Source: an uncultured bacterium (GTDB taxonomy: Bacteria > Krumholzibacteriota > Krumholzibacteriia > JACNKJ01). Taken from it: 64,000 bases of DNA. Of this stretch, positions 10,972 to 23,690 are shown one piece after another. Below the pieces are notes generated by a model. The model worked only from the letters and a program-made list of their open reading frames with translations, was not told the origin of the DNA and searched no databases. The DNA is taken from NCBI GenBank assembly GCA_963695095.1, contig CAVOFT010000001.1, positions 1,280,001 through 1,344,000 of the forward strand. Direction: 5' to 3'. The translations under genes and the position numbers were made by a program. How positions within the stretch are numbered: position 1 is the stretch's first letter; every line of letters begins with the position of its first letter.

Positions 10972-12333
10972 TCAGGGGCGGCGCGGCGGCGTCGACCCCG
11001 CCCCACGCCAGCGCCCGCGCCGCACCGTGGCCAGCACCGGCTTCAGCACGCCGCCCATCTCGACGCGGAGGGCCTCGAGGCGGAAGACCGCCGGCCGCGG
11101 CAGCCGCGCGGCGCCGCGCACGCGCAGCAGCAGGGCCAGGCAGGCGACCCGCGCGAGGCTGCTGGCCACGAAGAGGGTCACGTAGCCGGCGGTCTCGCCG
11201 CCGGCCACGGCGAAGAGCGCCGCGCCGACGAGCGAGCCGCCGATCGTCGCCAGGGCGTTGCCCAGGTTGTAGGCCGTGAGCAGGGCGATGCGGCGCCCGG
11301 CGGGGATCGTCTCGAAGAGCAGGAGGAAGACCGCGTACTCCTGCGCCGCCCAGAAGGCCCCGGAGACCACCTGGAGGCAGAGCAGGTAGCCGTAGGCCTG
11401 GGAGACCAGCCAAAGGGCCGGCAGGCCGAGGATGCCCAGCCAGCCCAGGCGCAGCAGGTTGACCAGACCCAGGCGCTGGGCGACCGCCGCCAGGCGCGGC
11501 AGCACGAGCACCTTGGCCAGCAGAGCTGTGCCGATCAGTCCCATGTATTCCCAGTAGGAGAAGCGCAGGCGCGCCAGCATGTAGGGCGAGAAGTAGGGGC
11601 CGGCGATCATCACGCTGGCCGTGAAGGCGAGCAGGTAGACGAGCAGACGCCCGCCGGCGCCGTGGCGGAACTCGCCGAGCAGGGCGCGCGGGGCCAGGCC
11701 GATGGGGGCGATGTCGGCGGGCGCCGTCTCGCTCTGCGCGGCCAGCACGCGCGTGGAGACGGCGCGTCCGAGCGCCGCCAGCGTGAAGATGAGGGCGAAG
11801 CCGGCCAGGGGGCGGTCCTGGGCCTTGGCCCCTTCGAGCAGGGCCGCGCCGGCGACGAGGCTGGCCAGCATGCCCAGCTGCACGAGGCCCGTGCGCCGGG
11901 CGAAGTAGCGCAGGCGCACGCGCCGCGGGACGAGGCGCTCCACCCAGAGGTTCCAGGAGGGCGTCGCGGCCATGCCGGCCGCCCAGTAGAGCGTGGCCGC
12001 GGCGAAGACGGCCCAGGCCGGCAGGCGACCGGCCAGGGCGCCGAGGGCGAAGGGCGCGAGGCTGGCCGCCTGCAGGCCCGCGCAGAGCACCGTCCAGCGC
12101 CGCGCCGAGCCCAGCCAGCGCACGCCGGCCGGGGTGACGAGTTGCAGGAAGCCGCCGGCCAGGAGGGGCAGCGTGACGACCAGCCCCGCGGCGATCTCGC
12201 CCAGGCCCAGCGCGAGCGCGAAGGCGGCGATGTAGGCTTCGCCCATGCCGACCATGGCGCTGAAGGCGAGGCCGTCGGCGAGGATGAGCCGCAGATCGCG
12301 GCGGCGGTGGAGGGCGCTGGGGTCCTGAGTCAC
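10972..12333 (-). CDS. MFS transporter
   Basis: About 12 hydrophobic segments; DGLAFSAMVGMGEAYIAAFAL, RLRYFARR, PYFSPYML; GTG start chosen at 12333. Confidence 0.75.
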   Translation of the reverse strand: MTQDPSALHRRRDLRLILADGLAFSAMVGMGEAYIAAFALALGLGEIAAGLVVTLPLLAGGFLQLVTPAGVRWLGSARRWTVLCAGLQAASLAPFALGALAGRLPAWAVFAAATLYWAAGMAATPSWNLWVERLVPRRVRLRYFARRTGLVQLGMLASLVAGAALLEGAKAQDRPLAGFALIFTLAALGRAVSTRVLAAQSETAPADIAPIGLAPRALLGEFRHGAGGRLLVYLLAFTASVMIAGPYFSPYMLARLRFSYWEYMGLIGTALLAKVLVLPRLAAVAQRLGLVNLLRLGWLGILGLPALWLVSQAYGYLLCLQVVSGAFWAAQEYAVFLLLFETIPAGRRIALLTAYNLGNALATIGGSLVGAALFAVAGGETAGYVTLFVASSLARVACLALLLRVRGAARLPRPAVFRLEALRVEMGGVLKPVLATVRRGRWRGAGSTPPRRP

Positions 12334-12420
12334 GGCGGCGGCTTGGGTTCGGGCTAGCGCATCATCGCGCGGGCGCGCCGCGAGCGCCACGGGAAATCGC
12401 CGCGGGGCCTTCCCGTCGGC

Positions 12421-13524
12421 TCAGGAGCCCGCGCTCTCGCGGTGCATGCCCGAGAGCTGGCCGCAGCCGCCGCCCACGTCCACGCCCTGGCTCCAGCGCA
12501 CGGTGACGGCCGGCACGGCGGGCACGAGGCGGCCCACGAAGCGCTCCACCTGCTCGGGGGTCGGCCGGACCAGCGGCAGCTGGCCGCCCGCGCCGGGCAG
12601 GGCGATCTTCACGCGCGTGGCGCCGGGGTTGTAGGGGATCAGGTTCAGCTTGAAGGGGCGTCGCCGCGTGAGGGTGCGCAGGTTGGCGGCGTCCTCGTCG
12701 CGGTCGTTGACGCCGGCGATGAGGACGTACTCGAGCGTCACGCGCCGCTGGGTGCGGCGGGCGTAGTCCTCGCAGGCCGCCAGGAGTTTCTCGATGCGGT
12801 ACTTGTGCAGGGCCGGCATCAGGGCGGCGCGGGTGGCGTCGTCGGCGGCATTCAGCGAGAGGGCGAGGCCCGCCTTCACCGGCGCCGAGGCGAGATCGGC
12901 GATGCGTCCGGGCAGCCCCGCCGTGCTCACCGTGATGCGGCGGCCGCCGTAGCCCAGGCCGTCGCCGTCGCCCAGCACGCGCAGCGCGCCGACGAGGGGG
13001 CCGAAGTTGAGCAGGGGCTCGCCCATGCCCATGAAGACGAGATTGGGCCGCACGCTGTCCGGCGGCAGCCCGCGCTGGAGCAGCAGCACCTGGTCGAGCA
13101 TCTCGTCCTGCTCCAGGTTGCGCCGGAAGCCCATGCGGCCCGTCTCGCAGAAGACGCAGTCCAGGGGACAGCCCACCTGGCTCGAGATGCAGAAGGTGGG
13201 GTGGCGCTCGCCCTGCATGTGGACGGCCTCGATGGTCTCGCCGTCGGCCAGGCGCAGGAGGTGCTTCACGGAGCCGTCGAGGGCGCTGGTCGTGGCCAGC
13301 ACGGGGGCGACCGAGCAGAGCGAGGCCTCGGCGGCCAGCGCCGTGCGGAGCGCGCGGGGCAGGTCCGTCATCGCCTCCCAGTCCAGGGCGCCCTTCGCGT
13401 AGATCCACTGCTTCACCGCGCGGCGGCGCCAGGCAGGCTCGACGCGCACGGCCAGCCAGGCGTCCAGGGCCGCCGGTGCCAGGCGCTTGAGGGGGATCAG
13501 GTCCGCGGGTGGGAGCTTGCTCAT
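12421..13524 (-). CDS. rlmN: 23S rRNA/tRNA adenine C2-methyltransferase RlmN (radical SAM)
   Basis: CISSQVGCPLDCVFCETG, NLVFMGMGEPLLN, ITVSTAG, EYVLIAGVND, NLIPYNP, GGCGQL. Confidence 0.93.
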   Translation of the reverse strand: MSKLPPADLIPLKRLAPAALDAWLAVRVEPAWRRRAVKQWIYAKGALDWEAMTDLPRALRTALAAEASLCSVAPVLATTSALDGSVKHLLRLADGETIEAVHMQGERHPTFCISSQVGCPLDCVFCETGRMGFRRNLEQDEMLDQVLLLQRGLPPDSVRPNLVFMGMGEPLLNFGPLVGALRVLGDGDGLGYGGRRITVSTAGLPGRIADLASAPVKAGLALSLNAADDATRAALMPALHKYRIEKLLAACEDYARRTQRRVTLEYVLIAGVNDRDEDAANLRTLTRRRPFKLNLIPYNPGATRVKIALPGAGGQLPLVRPTPEQVERFVGRLVPAVPAVTVRWSQGVDVGGGCGQLSGMHRESAGS

Positions 13525-13588
13525 GCCTGCCAAGGTAGCACGCTGGCGCCGGACAGGGTAGTGCAGGCGGGCGCCTGGCGCTCCCGCG

Positions 13589-13617
13589 TTGACAGCTCGC
13601 GGGTGGGCGGCGACACT
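13589..13617 (+). promoter_or_regulatory. sigma70-type promoter, probably leaderless, for the histidine kinase
   Basis: TTGACA-N17-GACACT ending 6 nt before ATG 13624, no Shine-Dalgarno. Confidence 0.5.
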
Positions 13618-13623
13618 GCGGCC

Positions 13624-14919
13624 ATGGCTGCTGCCGGCATCGATCGGGTCACGCGCCTGGTCGCCCTCTTCACGCTCGTCCTCGTCGCCCTGCTGCTGAC
13701 CGGCGGTTGGGTCTTCCATGCGCTGCTCGCCCGCGGCCTCGCCGACTCCAGCCGGCGCCACCTCGACGAGCAGGGCCGGCTCATCGCCGCTGCCCTCGCG
13801 GCCGATCCCGAGGGCCCGCTCGAGGCCTGGCGGCGGCTGGACCCCGAGGCGCTGCGCAGCGCGGCCACCCTGGATCGCCTGGAACTGCACGACGGCAACG
13901 GGCGCCCGCTCGCCGAGGATCCCCTCTGGCCGGCGCGCGAATTGCCGGACAGCCTGATCGCCGCGCTGCGCCTGGGCCTCGCCGTGGCGCCGCCGCCGCA
14001 GGCCGAGGGCGGCGAGCTCTTCCAGTCGCTGAGCCTGCCGCTGGCCGGGCCCGCGGGGGAACTCGCCGCCATTCTCGTGCTCGAATCGGGCGAGGCCGTC
14101 AGCACGCAGCTCCAGGCGCTGCGCCGCGGGCTGTGGACGGCCACCGGCCTCGGCGCGGGCTTCGTCGTCTTCGTCCTCGTGGCGATGGCCCTCATCCTGC
14201 GCCAGGCGCGACGCCGCCAGCGCGAGCTGGATCGGGCCGAACATCTGGCCGAGGTGGGCACGCTCGCGGCCGGACTCGCCCACGAGATCCGCAATCCCCT
14301 GGCCATCATCGCCGGCCATGCCGAGCTCTTCGAACTCCAGCGCAGCGGCGATCCCGACGAGGCCGCGCGTCGCGCCGGGGAGATCGTGGCGGAAACCGAG
14401 CGGCTGCGCCGGCTGCTGGACGACTTCCTCAGCTTCGCCCGACCCAGCGACCTGCGGCTCCGCCCGCTGGCCGCGCTCGAGGTCTGGGGCCGGCTCGTCG
14501 AAGAGCAGCGTCAGCTCCACCCGTCCCTGCGCTTCGAGCTGGCGGCCCCGCCCGCCCTGCCCCCGCTGACCGCCGATTCCGATCGCCTGCGCCAGCTCGC
14601 CCTCAATCTGCTGGCCAACGCCGCGCTCGCCGCGGGACCGGGCGGGCTGGTGCGCGTCGAGCTCTTTGCCCAGGGCGAGTGGCTGCGCTCGGTGATCCGT
14701 GACAGCGGTCCGGGCGTCCCCGCGGCGCTGGTGCCGCGCCTCTTCGCGCCCTTCGTCTCGGGCCGCGAGGGCGGCACGGGCCTGGGCCTGGCCGTCTGCG
14801 CCGCCATCGCCCGCGCCCATGGCGGCAGCCTGCGGCTCAGCGCCAATGGCCCCGGCGGCGCCGAATTCACACTGGAGCTGCCCCTCGCCGCGGCCGGGCC
14901 CGCGAAGGAGACCGCATGA
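13624..14919 (+). CDS. Membrane sensor histidine kinase
   Basis: Two TM segments flanking an extracytoplasmic domain; H-box LAHEIRNPL, N-box NLLANA, DSGPG, GTGLGLA. Confidence 0.92.
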   Translation: MAAAGIDRVTRLVALFTLVLVALLLTGGWVFHALLARGLADSSRRHLDEQGRLIAAALAADPEGPLEAWRRLDPEALRSAATLDRLELHDGNGRPLAEDPLWPARELPDSLIAALRLGLAVAPPPQAEGGELFQSLSLPLAGPAGELAAILVLESGEAVSTQLQALRRGLWTATGLGAGFVVFVLVAMALILRQARRRQRELDRAEHLAEVGTLAAGLAHEIRNPLAIIAGHAELFELQRSGDPDEAARRAGEIVAETERLRRLLDDFLSFARPSDLRLRPLAALEVWGRLVEEQRQLHPSLRFELAAPPALPPLTADSDRLRQLALNLLANAALAAGPGGLVRVELFAQGEWLRSVIRDSGPGVPAALVPRLFAPFVSGREGGTGLGLAVCAAIARAHGGSLRLSANGPGGAEFTLELPLAAAGPAKETA

Positions 14920-16295
14920 GCCAGCGCATCCTGATCGTCGACGACGAGCCCAAGCTCGCGGCCCTGCTCGCCGAGACCCTGGCCGCTCCCGGCCGCGAGA
15001 TCGCCGTCGCGCACAGCGCGGCCGCGGCCTGGACCGCCTTCGCGGCCGCGCCCGCGGATCTCGTCATCACGGATCTGCGCATGGAGAGCGAGGAGGCGGG
15101 ACTGGCGCTCATCGAGCGGCTGCGCAGCGCCGCGCCGGGCACGCGGACGATGCTGGTCACCGCCTTCGCCAGCATCGAGGCCGGCGTGCGCGCGCTCGAG
15201 CTCGGCGCGGCGGAGTACCTCGTCAAGCCCGTGCGCCTGCGCGCCCTGCGCGAGAGCGTCGATCGCCTGCTCGCCCCGCCGACGGCCGCGGCGGGCCTTG
15301 CCCTGGCCACGGAGGGCGAGCTGGCCGGCGCCTTCGACGATATCCTCGTCGGCGGCCATCCCGGGATGCGGCGCATCGTGGAGCTGCTGCCCCGCGTGGT
15401 GGCCAGCGACTCGACGGTACTCATCATGGGCGAGAGCGGCACCGGCAAGGAGGTGCTGGCCAGGGCGATTCACGCCCACGGGCCGCGGCGGGCGAAGCCC
15501 TTCGTCCGCGTCAATTGCGCGGCGCTCGTGGAGAGCCTGCTCGAGGCCGAGCTCTTCGGCATCGAGGCGGGCGTGGCCACCGACGTGAAGGCGCGGCCCG
15601 GCAAGTTCGAGCTGGCCGCGGGCGGCACGCTGTTGCTCGACGAGATCGGCGACATGGCGCCGGGCACCCAGGCCAAGGTGCTGCGCGTGCTCCAGGAGCG
15701 CGAGTTCGAGCGCGTGGGCGGCGCCCAGACCCTGCGCGTGGACCTGCGCGTGCTGGCCGCCACGCATTGCGACTTGCAGGGGATGGTGGCCGCGGGCCAC
15801 TTCCGGGGCGATCTCTACTATCGACTCGACGTGATCCGGCTGGAGCTGCCGCCGCTGCGCGAGCGCCTGGGGGATCTCGAGCTCTTCCTGCGCTACTTCC
15901 TGCAGAAGCTCTCCGCCCGCAGCGGCCGCCGCATCGCCGGGCTCACGCCCGCCGCCCTCGAGCGCCTGCGCCGGCACGCCTGGCCCGGCAACATCCGCGA
16001 GCTGGAGAACGTCCTCGAGCGGGCCATGGTGCTCGCCGCCGGCGACCAGATCGATGTCGGCGACCTGCCCTCGCTGACGGCGCCGCCGGCGACGGCCGAG
16101 GCGGCGGAGCACCCCTTCGTGCTGCCGGCAGCGGGGATCGAGCTGGAGGCGCTGGAGCGCGACCTGATCGGCCAGGCCCTGGCCCGCACGGGCGGGAACA
16201 AGAGCGCGGCGGCGCGCCTGCTCGGGCTCACCCGGCGCACCCTGGGCTATCGGCTCGAGAAGCACGGGCTCGATCGGGCGGGGGAGGGCGACTGA
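14916..16295 (+). CDS. sigma54-dependent response regulator (REC-AAA+-HTH)
   Basis: ILIVDDE...ITDLRM receiver; [24 protein letters not shown]; Fis-type HTH; L1 loop reads GVATDV; ATGA overlap with kinase. Confidence 0.92.
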   Translation: MSQRILIVDDEPKLAALLAETLAAPGREIAVAHSAAAAWTAFAAAPADLVITDLRMESEEAGLALIERLRSAAPGTRTMLVTAFASIEAGVRALELGAAEYLVKPVRLRALRESVDRLLAPPTAAAGLALATEGELAGAFDDILVGGHPGMRRIVELLPRVVASDSTVLIMGESGTGKEVLARAIHAHGPRRAKPFVRVNCAALVESLLEAELFGIEAGVATDVKARPGKFELAAGGTLLLDEIGDMAPGTQAKVLRVLQEREFERVGGAQTLRVDLRVLAATHCDLQGMVAAGHFRGDLYYRLDVIRLELPPLRERLGDLELFLRYFLQKLSARSGRRIAGLTPAALERLRRHAWPGNIRELENVLERAMVLAAGDQIDVGDLPSLTAPPATAEAAEHPFVLPAAGIELEALERDLIGQALARTGGNKSAAARLLGLTRRTLGYRLEKHGLDRAGEGD

Positions 16296-16413
16296 TGAGG
16301 GACGCCCAGCGCACCAATTGGTTCACCGCTACTCGCCTGGCGCCGGCCGCTGCGAAGGGGCAACCCATTCTCTTGACTTGTCTTGCGGCTCCGGTTCGGC
16401 CTCCCCTCCGGCA

Positions 16414-16429
16414 CGGCATCACCCTTGCA
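16414..16429 (+). promoter_or_regulatory. sigma54 (-24/-12) promoter
   Basis: CGGCAT-CACCC-TTGCA, GG-N10-GC spacing exact, 45 nt upstream of ATG 16475. Confidence 0.7.
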
Positions 16430-16474
16430 GCCTGCCGGCAGCAGCGATTCTCTCCCCTGCTGACGAGGTCGGCC

Positions 16475-17221
16475 ATGAGACATGCCCCTGCAATCCCGGT
16501 TCTCGTCGCCCTGCTGGCGCTCGCGGCGGGCGCCCTGGCGCGGCCGGCGCTGGCCCAGGCCCCGCCCGAGCCCGAGGGCCGGACCGCGGAGACCTCGCCC
16601 GCCCGGCTGGAGGCCGAGTTGGCCGGCCTGCGCGATCGCCTGGAGGGCCCCGGTGGCCTGCTCTTCCGCCACGCCGAGAGCCTGCGGCTGCTCGCGGCAA
16701 CCCTGGAGCGCGGCGAGTACCGTCGCTTCTACGATTGGTTGCGGGTCGAGGTCATCGCGCCCTGGCGCGAGGTGCAGGGCCAGAGCATCATCCAGCTCGC
16801 GGACGCGCCGCCCGGCCAGCTCAGTCCGCAGCAGCGCCAGCTCCTGCGCCACAACGCCCAGCTCCTGCGGCGCGTGCAGACCCAGCTCCGCCACGCGCGC
16901 CGCCTGCACACGCGCCTGGGGCGTGAGGAGGAGGCCCTGCGCCGCAGCGGCAACGCGCTGGAGCAGCTTGAGCGCCGCTGCGAACGGCGGCTGGACGACT
17001 ATGCGGCCGTCGATCCCGAGGGAGCCGCTCCCTGGCGCGCCTGGTTCCAGGATGGCTTCCGGCCCCGCCTTCAGCAGCAGACCGAGCGGGAGCGCCTGCT
17101 CGGCGAGTCCCTCGGGCGTCTTCGCAACTGGACCGAGGATCCCAGCCTCCGCGACATGCTCGCCCAGCTGCGCCGGGTGGAGCGGGCAATGGAGATGCTG
17201 CGGCGCCGCTTCCACTTCTGA
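16475..17221 (+). CDS. Exported, likely helical hypothetical protein
   Basis: GAGG SD; Sec signal MRHAPAIPVLVALLALAAGALARPALA-Q; Arg/Glu/Leu-rich coiled-coil-like mature part. Confidence 0.7.
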   Translation: MRHAPAIPVLVALLALAAGALARPALAQAPPEPEGRTAETSPARLEAELAGLRDRLEGPGGLLFRHAESLRLLAATLERGEYRRFYDWLRVEVIAPWREVQGQSIIQLADAPPGQLSPQQRQLLRHNAQLLRRVQTQLRHARRLHTRLGREEEALRRSGNALEQLERRCERRLDDYAAVDPEGAAPWRAWFQDGFRPRLQQQTERERLLGESLGRLRNWTEDPSLRDMLAQLRRVERAMEMLRRRFHF

Positions 17222-17238
17222 GCCGCCGAAGGAGCCGC

Positions 17239-18666
17239 GTGTCGCCCTTTCGCCCCGCCCTTGGCGGGTTGGCTTGCCTGTTCTGCGCTGCCCCGATCCA
17301 CGCCGCGGAAACGGCCTGGGAGCTGGCGGGGGAGAGCGGGCTGGCCATTCAGCACTACGTGGCCGGCGGCGTGGACGAGTCCGCACTTGCCCGGCAATTG
17401 GGCCTCGAGCTGAGCGGTCGACCCGCTCCGAGCTGGCATACGCGGGCGGCGCTGCGCCACGAAGCAAGCCTCTACACCGAAGAGGGCGCGGGCACGCTCA
17501 CCCTCGGCTATCTCGGCCGGCGCGGTGAGTGCGGACTGTCGCTGGGGGCGGCGCGCAGCAGTGAAGGCGGCCTGGCGACCCCGCTCCTGCTCTTCGATCC
17601 CGACCTGGTCGAGAGCCAGGCTGCCGCCAGCCAGGCCGCCTGGTCCCGGCGCGGCAGCTTGGACCTGGGCTGGCGAACAGGCCTCGGCAGGGCGGGCATC
17701 TCGGCGGGCTACCTCGATCTCGACTACGACGAGTCCAGCGCCATCCTCGCCGATCGCCGCGAGCTGGAACTGCGCTTGGAGCTCGATGCCGAGGCGAGCG
17801 AGCGCCTGCAACTGGAGCTCGAGCTGGCCGGGCTGGGGGTGGACTACCGGGAGCGCGATACCAGCGATCGCAGCGAGCTGGAGGCCGCCCTGCGGCTTGG
17901 GCGGGACCTGGCCGTCGGCGAGGTGGCGCTCACGGTCGATGTCGAGGCCCACGCGCCGCGCGTTCCCGATGGCGTCGCCTACTACGAGCGACCGGAGGGC
18001 AAGACCTGGTCCCTGGGCGGGGAGCTGCTCCTCTGGGCGCCCTCGGCGGACCTCTCCCTGCTCCTGAGCGCCGGACGCGAGCGCTGGGCGGGCGCTGCGG
18101 ATAACTACTTCCACAGCGGCGATCACCAAGCCCTCGAAGTGATGGGCGGCCTGGCGCGGCAACTCGGCGCGCGAGCTCTCCGCATGGAACTGCACCTCGA
18201 TCTCGAGCGCTTCGACCCGGATCTGCTGCCCAGCGGCGACGCCCTGCGCCGCCCGGCCGAGGCGCGCGGCGCCGCCGGCGTCCGGCTGCGCTGGGGCCCT
18301 GATGGCCGCTTTCCCCTCGAGGCGGACCTGGGCGCGGAATTCCTGCGGCAGGAAACGGATCAGGTGGACCGCTTCCGCATCATCGAGGAGCGCCTCGAGC
18401 TGGGCTGGCGCCCCGCCCCGGCCTGGCTGGCCAGCTTCGCCCTGCGCGCGGAGCACTACCTGAGCCGCTACGGCGACGATCTCGCCGCGGACGAGGCCGC
18501 CCCGGACGGCGAGTGGGCCTTGGGCGGCGAGCTGCGCGCGGCCTGGGTGCGCGTGCCCTGGCGCCTCGAGTTCCATCTGGCCCGGCAGGAGCAGCACAGC
18601 TTTCTGCTCGGCAGCCAGGCCAGCCGCAACGAGGAACTCGGGCTGCGGATCCTCTGGCATCCCTGA
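17239..18666 (+). CDS. Hypothetical outer-membrane beta-barrel-like protein
   Basis: AAGGAG SD, signal peptide ending IHA; alternating strands (LELRLELD, LQLELELAG, RLELGWR); aromatic C-terminus LRILWHP. Confidence 0.6.
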   Translation: MSPFRPALGGLACLFCAAPIHAAETAWELAGESGLAIQHYVAGGVDESALARQLGLELSGRPAPSWHTRAALRHEASLYTEEGAGTLTLGYLGRRGECGLSLGAARSSEGGLATPLLLFDPDLVESQAAASQAAWSRRGSLDLGWRTGLGRAGISAGYLDLDYDESSAILADRRELELRLELDAEASERLQLELELAGLGVDYRERDTSDRSELEAALRLGRDLAVGEVALTVDVEAHAPRVPDGVAYYERPEGKTWSLGGELLLWAPSADLSLLLSAGRERWAGAADNYFHSGDHQALEVMGGLARQLGARALRMELHLDLERFDPDLLPSGDALRRPAEARGAAGVRLRWGPDGRFPLEADLGAEFLRQETDQVDRFRIIEERLELGWRPAPAWLASFALRAEHYLSRYGDDLAADEAAPDGEWALGGELRAAWVRVPWRLEFHLARQEQHSFLLGSQASRNEELGLRILWHP

Positions 18667-18709
18667 ACGCGAGCCGCTATGCTGCTCGCCCGCCTGTCGG
18701 AGGAGCTCG

Positions 18710-20098
18710 ATGAGCGCGCGTCTACTCGTGGTCGACGATGAAGCCGGGATCCGCGAGTCCCTCGGCAAGGTCCTGCGCTATGAGGGCTTCACGGTGGAGA
18801 CGGCCCCGGACGGCCCCACGGCGCTCGCGCTCGCCGCGCGCCAGCCCTTCGACCTCGTCTTCCTCGACGTCAAGATGCCCGGCATGGACGGTCTGGAAGT
18901 GCTCGCCCGGCTGGGCGAGGGCGGCCTGGCGACGCCCGTCGTCATCATCTCCGGCCACGGCACCATCGATACCGCGGTGCAGGCGACCAAGCTCGGCGCC
19001 TTCGACTTCCTGGAGAAGCCCCTCGACGCGGACCGCGTTCTCGTCACTCTGCGCAATGCCCTGGCCTGGCTGGAGCAGCAGCGGCAGATCGAATCCCTGC
19101 GCCAGCGCCTGGGCGAAGGCGAGCAGATCATCGGGGAGAGCCAGGCCGTCAAACTGCTCCTGAAGGCCATCGAGCGGGTGGCGCCGACGGATGCGCGCGT
19201 GCTCATCACGGGAGAGAACGGCTCCGGCAAGGAACTCGTGGCGCGGCGCATTCACCGCTTGAGCGCGCGGGCCGAGGGGCCCTTCGTGGATGTCAACTGC
19301 GCGGCGATTCCGAACGAGCTGATCGAGAGCGAGCTCTTCGGTCACGAGAAGGGGAGCTTCACGGGCGCCCACCAGCAGCGGATGGGTCGTTTCGAGCAGG
19401 CGGACGGGGGCACGCTCTTCCTCGACGAGATCGGCGATATGTCCCTGAGCGCCCAGGCAAAGGTGCTCCGCGTGCTACAGGAGGGAAAGTTCGAGCGGGT
19501 CGGGGGGACCATCACCCAGCAGGTGAACGTGCGGGTGATCGCAGCGACCAACAAGGACCTGCTCGCGGAAGCGGCGGAGAACCGCTTCCGCGAAGACCTC
19601 TACTATCGCCTCAGCGTGGTGCCCCTGCAGGTGCCCCCGCTCAGGGAGCGGCCCGAGGATATCCCCTTGCTGGCCAAGCACTTCACGGAGCTGTATCTCC
19701 GCGAGCAGGGGATGCGGCCCCGGCTGTTCGCGCCTGCCGCCCTGGAGCGACTCCAGGGCGCCCGCTGGCCCGGCAATATCCGCGAGCTGCGCAACCTCGT
19801 GGAGCGGCTCCTGATCATGGCGCCGGGCGAGCGCATTGAAGTGGAGGACATCCCCCTGCCGGGGGGCGAAGCGGCGGGTGAGGAGAGCGGCCTCTTCGCC
19901 GCCGCCAGTTTCCAGGCCTTCAAGGAGCGCAGCGAGGCGGTCTTCCTGGCGCGAAAACTGAAGGAGTACGGCGGCAACGTCAGCCGCACGGCCCGCGCCT
20001 TGCAAATGCAGCGGAGCAATCTCTACAAGAAGATTGAAAAATATGGACTTACGGCCGGGAAGCCCGATCCCGACGAAGCCGCCGACGACCCCGAGTAG
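18710..20098 (+). CDS. sigma54-dependent response regulator (NtrX/NtrC-like)
   Basis: Receiver LVVDDE...[49 protein letters not shown]. Confidence 0.93.
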   Translation: MSARLLVVDDEAGIRESLGKVLRYEGFTVETAPDGPTALALAARQPFDLVFLDVKMPGMDGLEVLARLGEGGLATPVVIISGHGTIDTAVQATKLGAFDFLEKPLDADRVLVTLRNALAWLEQQRQIESLRQRLGEGEQIIGESQAVKLLLKAIERVAPTDARVLITGENGSGKELVARRIHRLSARAEGPFVDVNCAAIPNELIESELFGHEKGSFTGAHQQRMGRFEQADGGTLFLDEIGDMSLSAQAKVLRVLQEGKFERVGGTITQQVNVRVIAATNKDLLAEAAENRFREDLYYRLSVVPLQVPPLRERPEDIPLLAKHFTELYLREQGMRPRLFAPAALERLQGARWPGNIRELRNLVERLLIMAPGERIEVEDIPLPGGEAAGEESGLFAAASFQAFKERSEAVFLARKLKEYGGNVSRTARALQMQRSNLYKKIEKYGLTAGKPDPDEAADDPE

Positions 20099-20147
20099 CC
20101 TCCGCCGATCTTGCGCTGGGGCGGGCAGGCTTTTCTCGGAACTCGAT

Positions 20148-20177
20148 TTGACTCTCCCCCCTGTCTCCTCCTATCAT
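20148..20177 (+). promoter_or_regulatory. Putative sigma70 promoter for the small-protein/TPR-activator pair
   Basis: TTGACT-N18-TATCAT about 63 nt upstream of ATG 20241. Confidence 0.45.
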
Positions 20178-20240
20178 TCTGCTGGCACTTGTGAAGTCGA
20201 GACAGGGCCTGTCTTTACCCTTGCCGGGAGCGCGTTTACG

Positions 20241-20582
20241 ATGAGAAGGGGCGCCACTACCTGCCTATCGATCTTCGCCCTGCTGCTCACAATCTGCTTG
20301 GGCACGGGCAACTCGACGATTCCTCCCGTCAGCGCTGGTGAACTCGTAGTTAAATCGGCTGTCCCGGTGTACTCCAATGGCGGCCCACCGGCTCCGATCG
20401 CCGGTGAAGGCGGCGGGGGCATCCCCGGCGGTGTGGGCGCTGCCGGTGAATCGGGCGATGATGATGACTACTGGGACGGGGTGAACAACGACCAGCAGCC
20501 GCCTCGCAACCAGCACGGGCTGCCCTGGCTGCTGCAGATTCTGGAATCCTGGTGGCGGGCGGGGTCTTGGATTTGGACCTAG
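20241..20582 (+). CDS. Small (113 aa) secreted hypothetical protein, candidate signalling pro-peptide
   Basis: GGGAG SD; N-terminal MRRGATTCLSIFALLLTICLG hydrophobic signal; Gly/Pro-rich linker; SGDDDDYWDG; Trp-rich tail LPWLLQILESWWRAGSWIWT. Confidence 0.7.
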   Translation: MRRGATTCLSIFALLLTICLGTGNSTIPPVSAGELVVKSAVPVYSNGGPPAPIAGEGGGGIPGGVGAAGESGDDDDYWDGVNNDQQPPRNQHGLPWLLQILESWWRAGSWIWT

Positions 20583-20639
20583 GAAGAACGCCGTAGCCAT
20601 CTTCCTCAGAGTGCGTCCACCCCACACGAGGACGAATCG

Positions 20640-23624
<2,985 letters not shown>

Positions 23625-23662
23625 GCAGCAAGGCTCTCTCGGCGACGCGCCGGCTATTCCGC

Positions 23663-23690
23663 GGGCCCGGTCACACCGGGCCCTTCTGCT
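23663..23690 (+). terminator. Putative terminator hairpin after the TPR activator
   Basis: GGGCCCGGT-CAC-ACCGGGCCC followed by TTCTGCT. Confidence 0.5.

Noticed and set aside
20182..20200. TGGCAC upstream of the small secreted protein as a sigma54 site
   Set aside because: No GC at the -12 position
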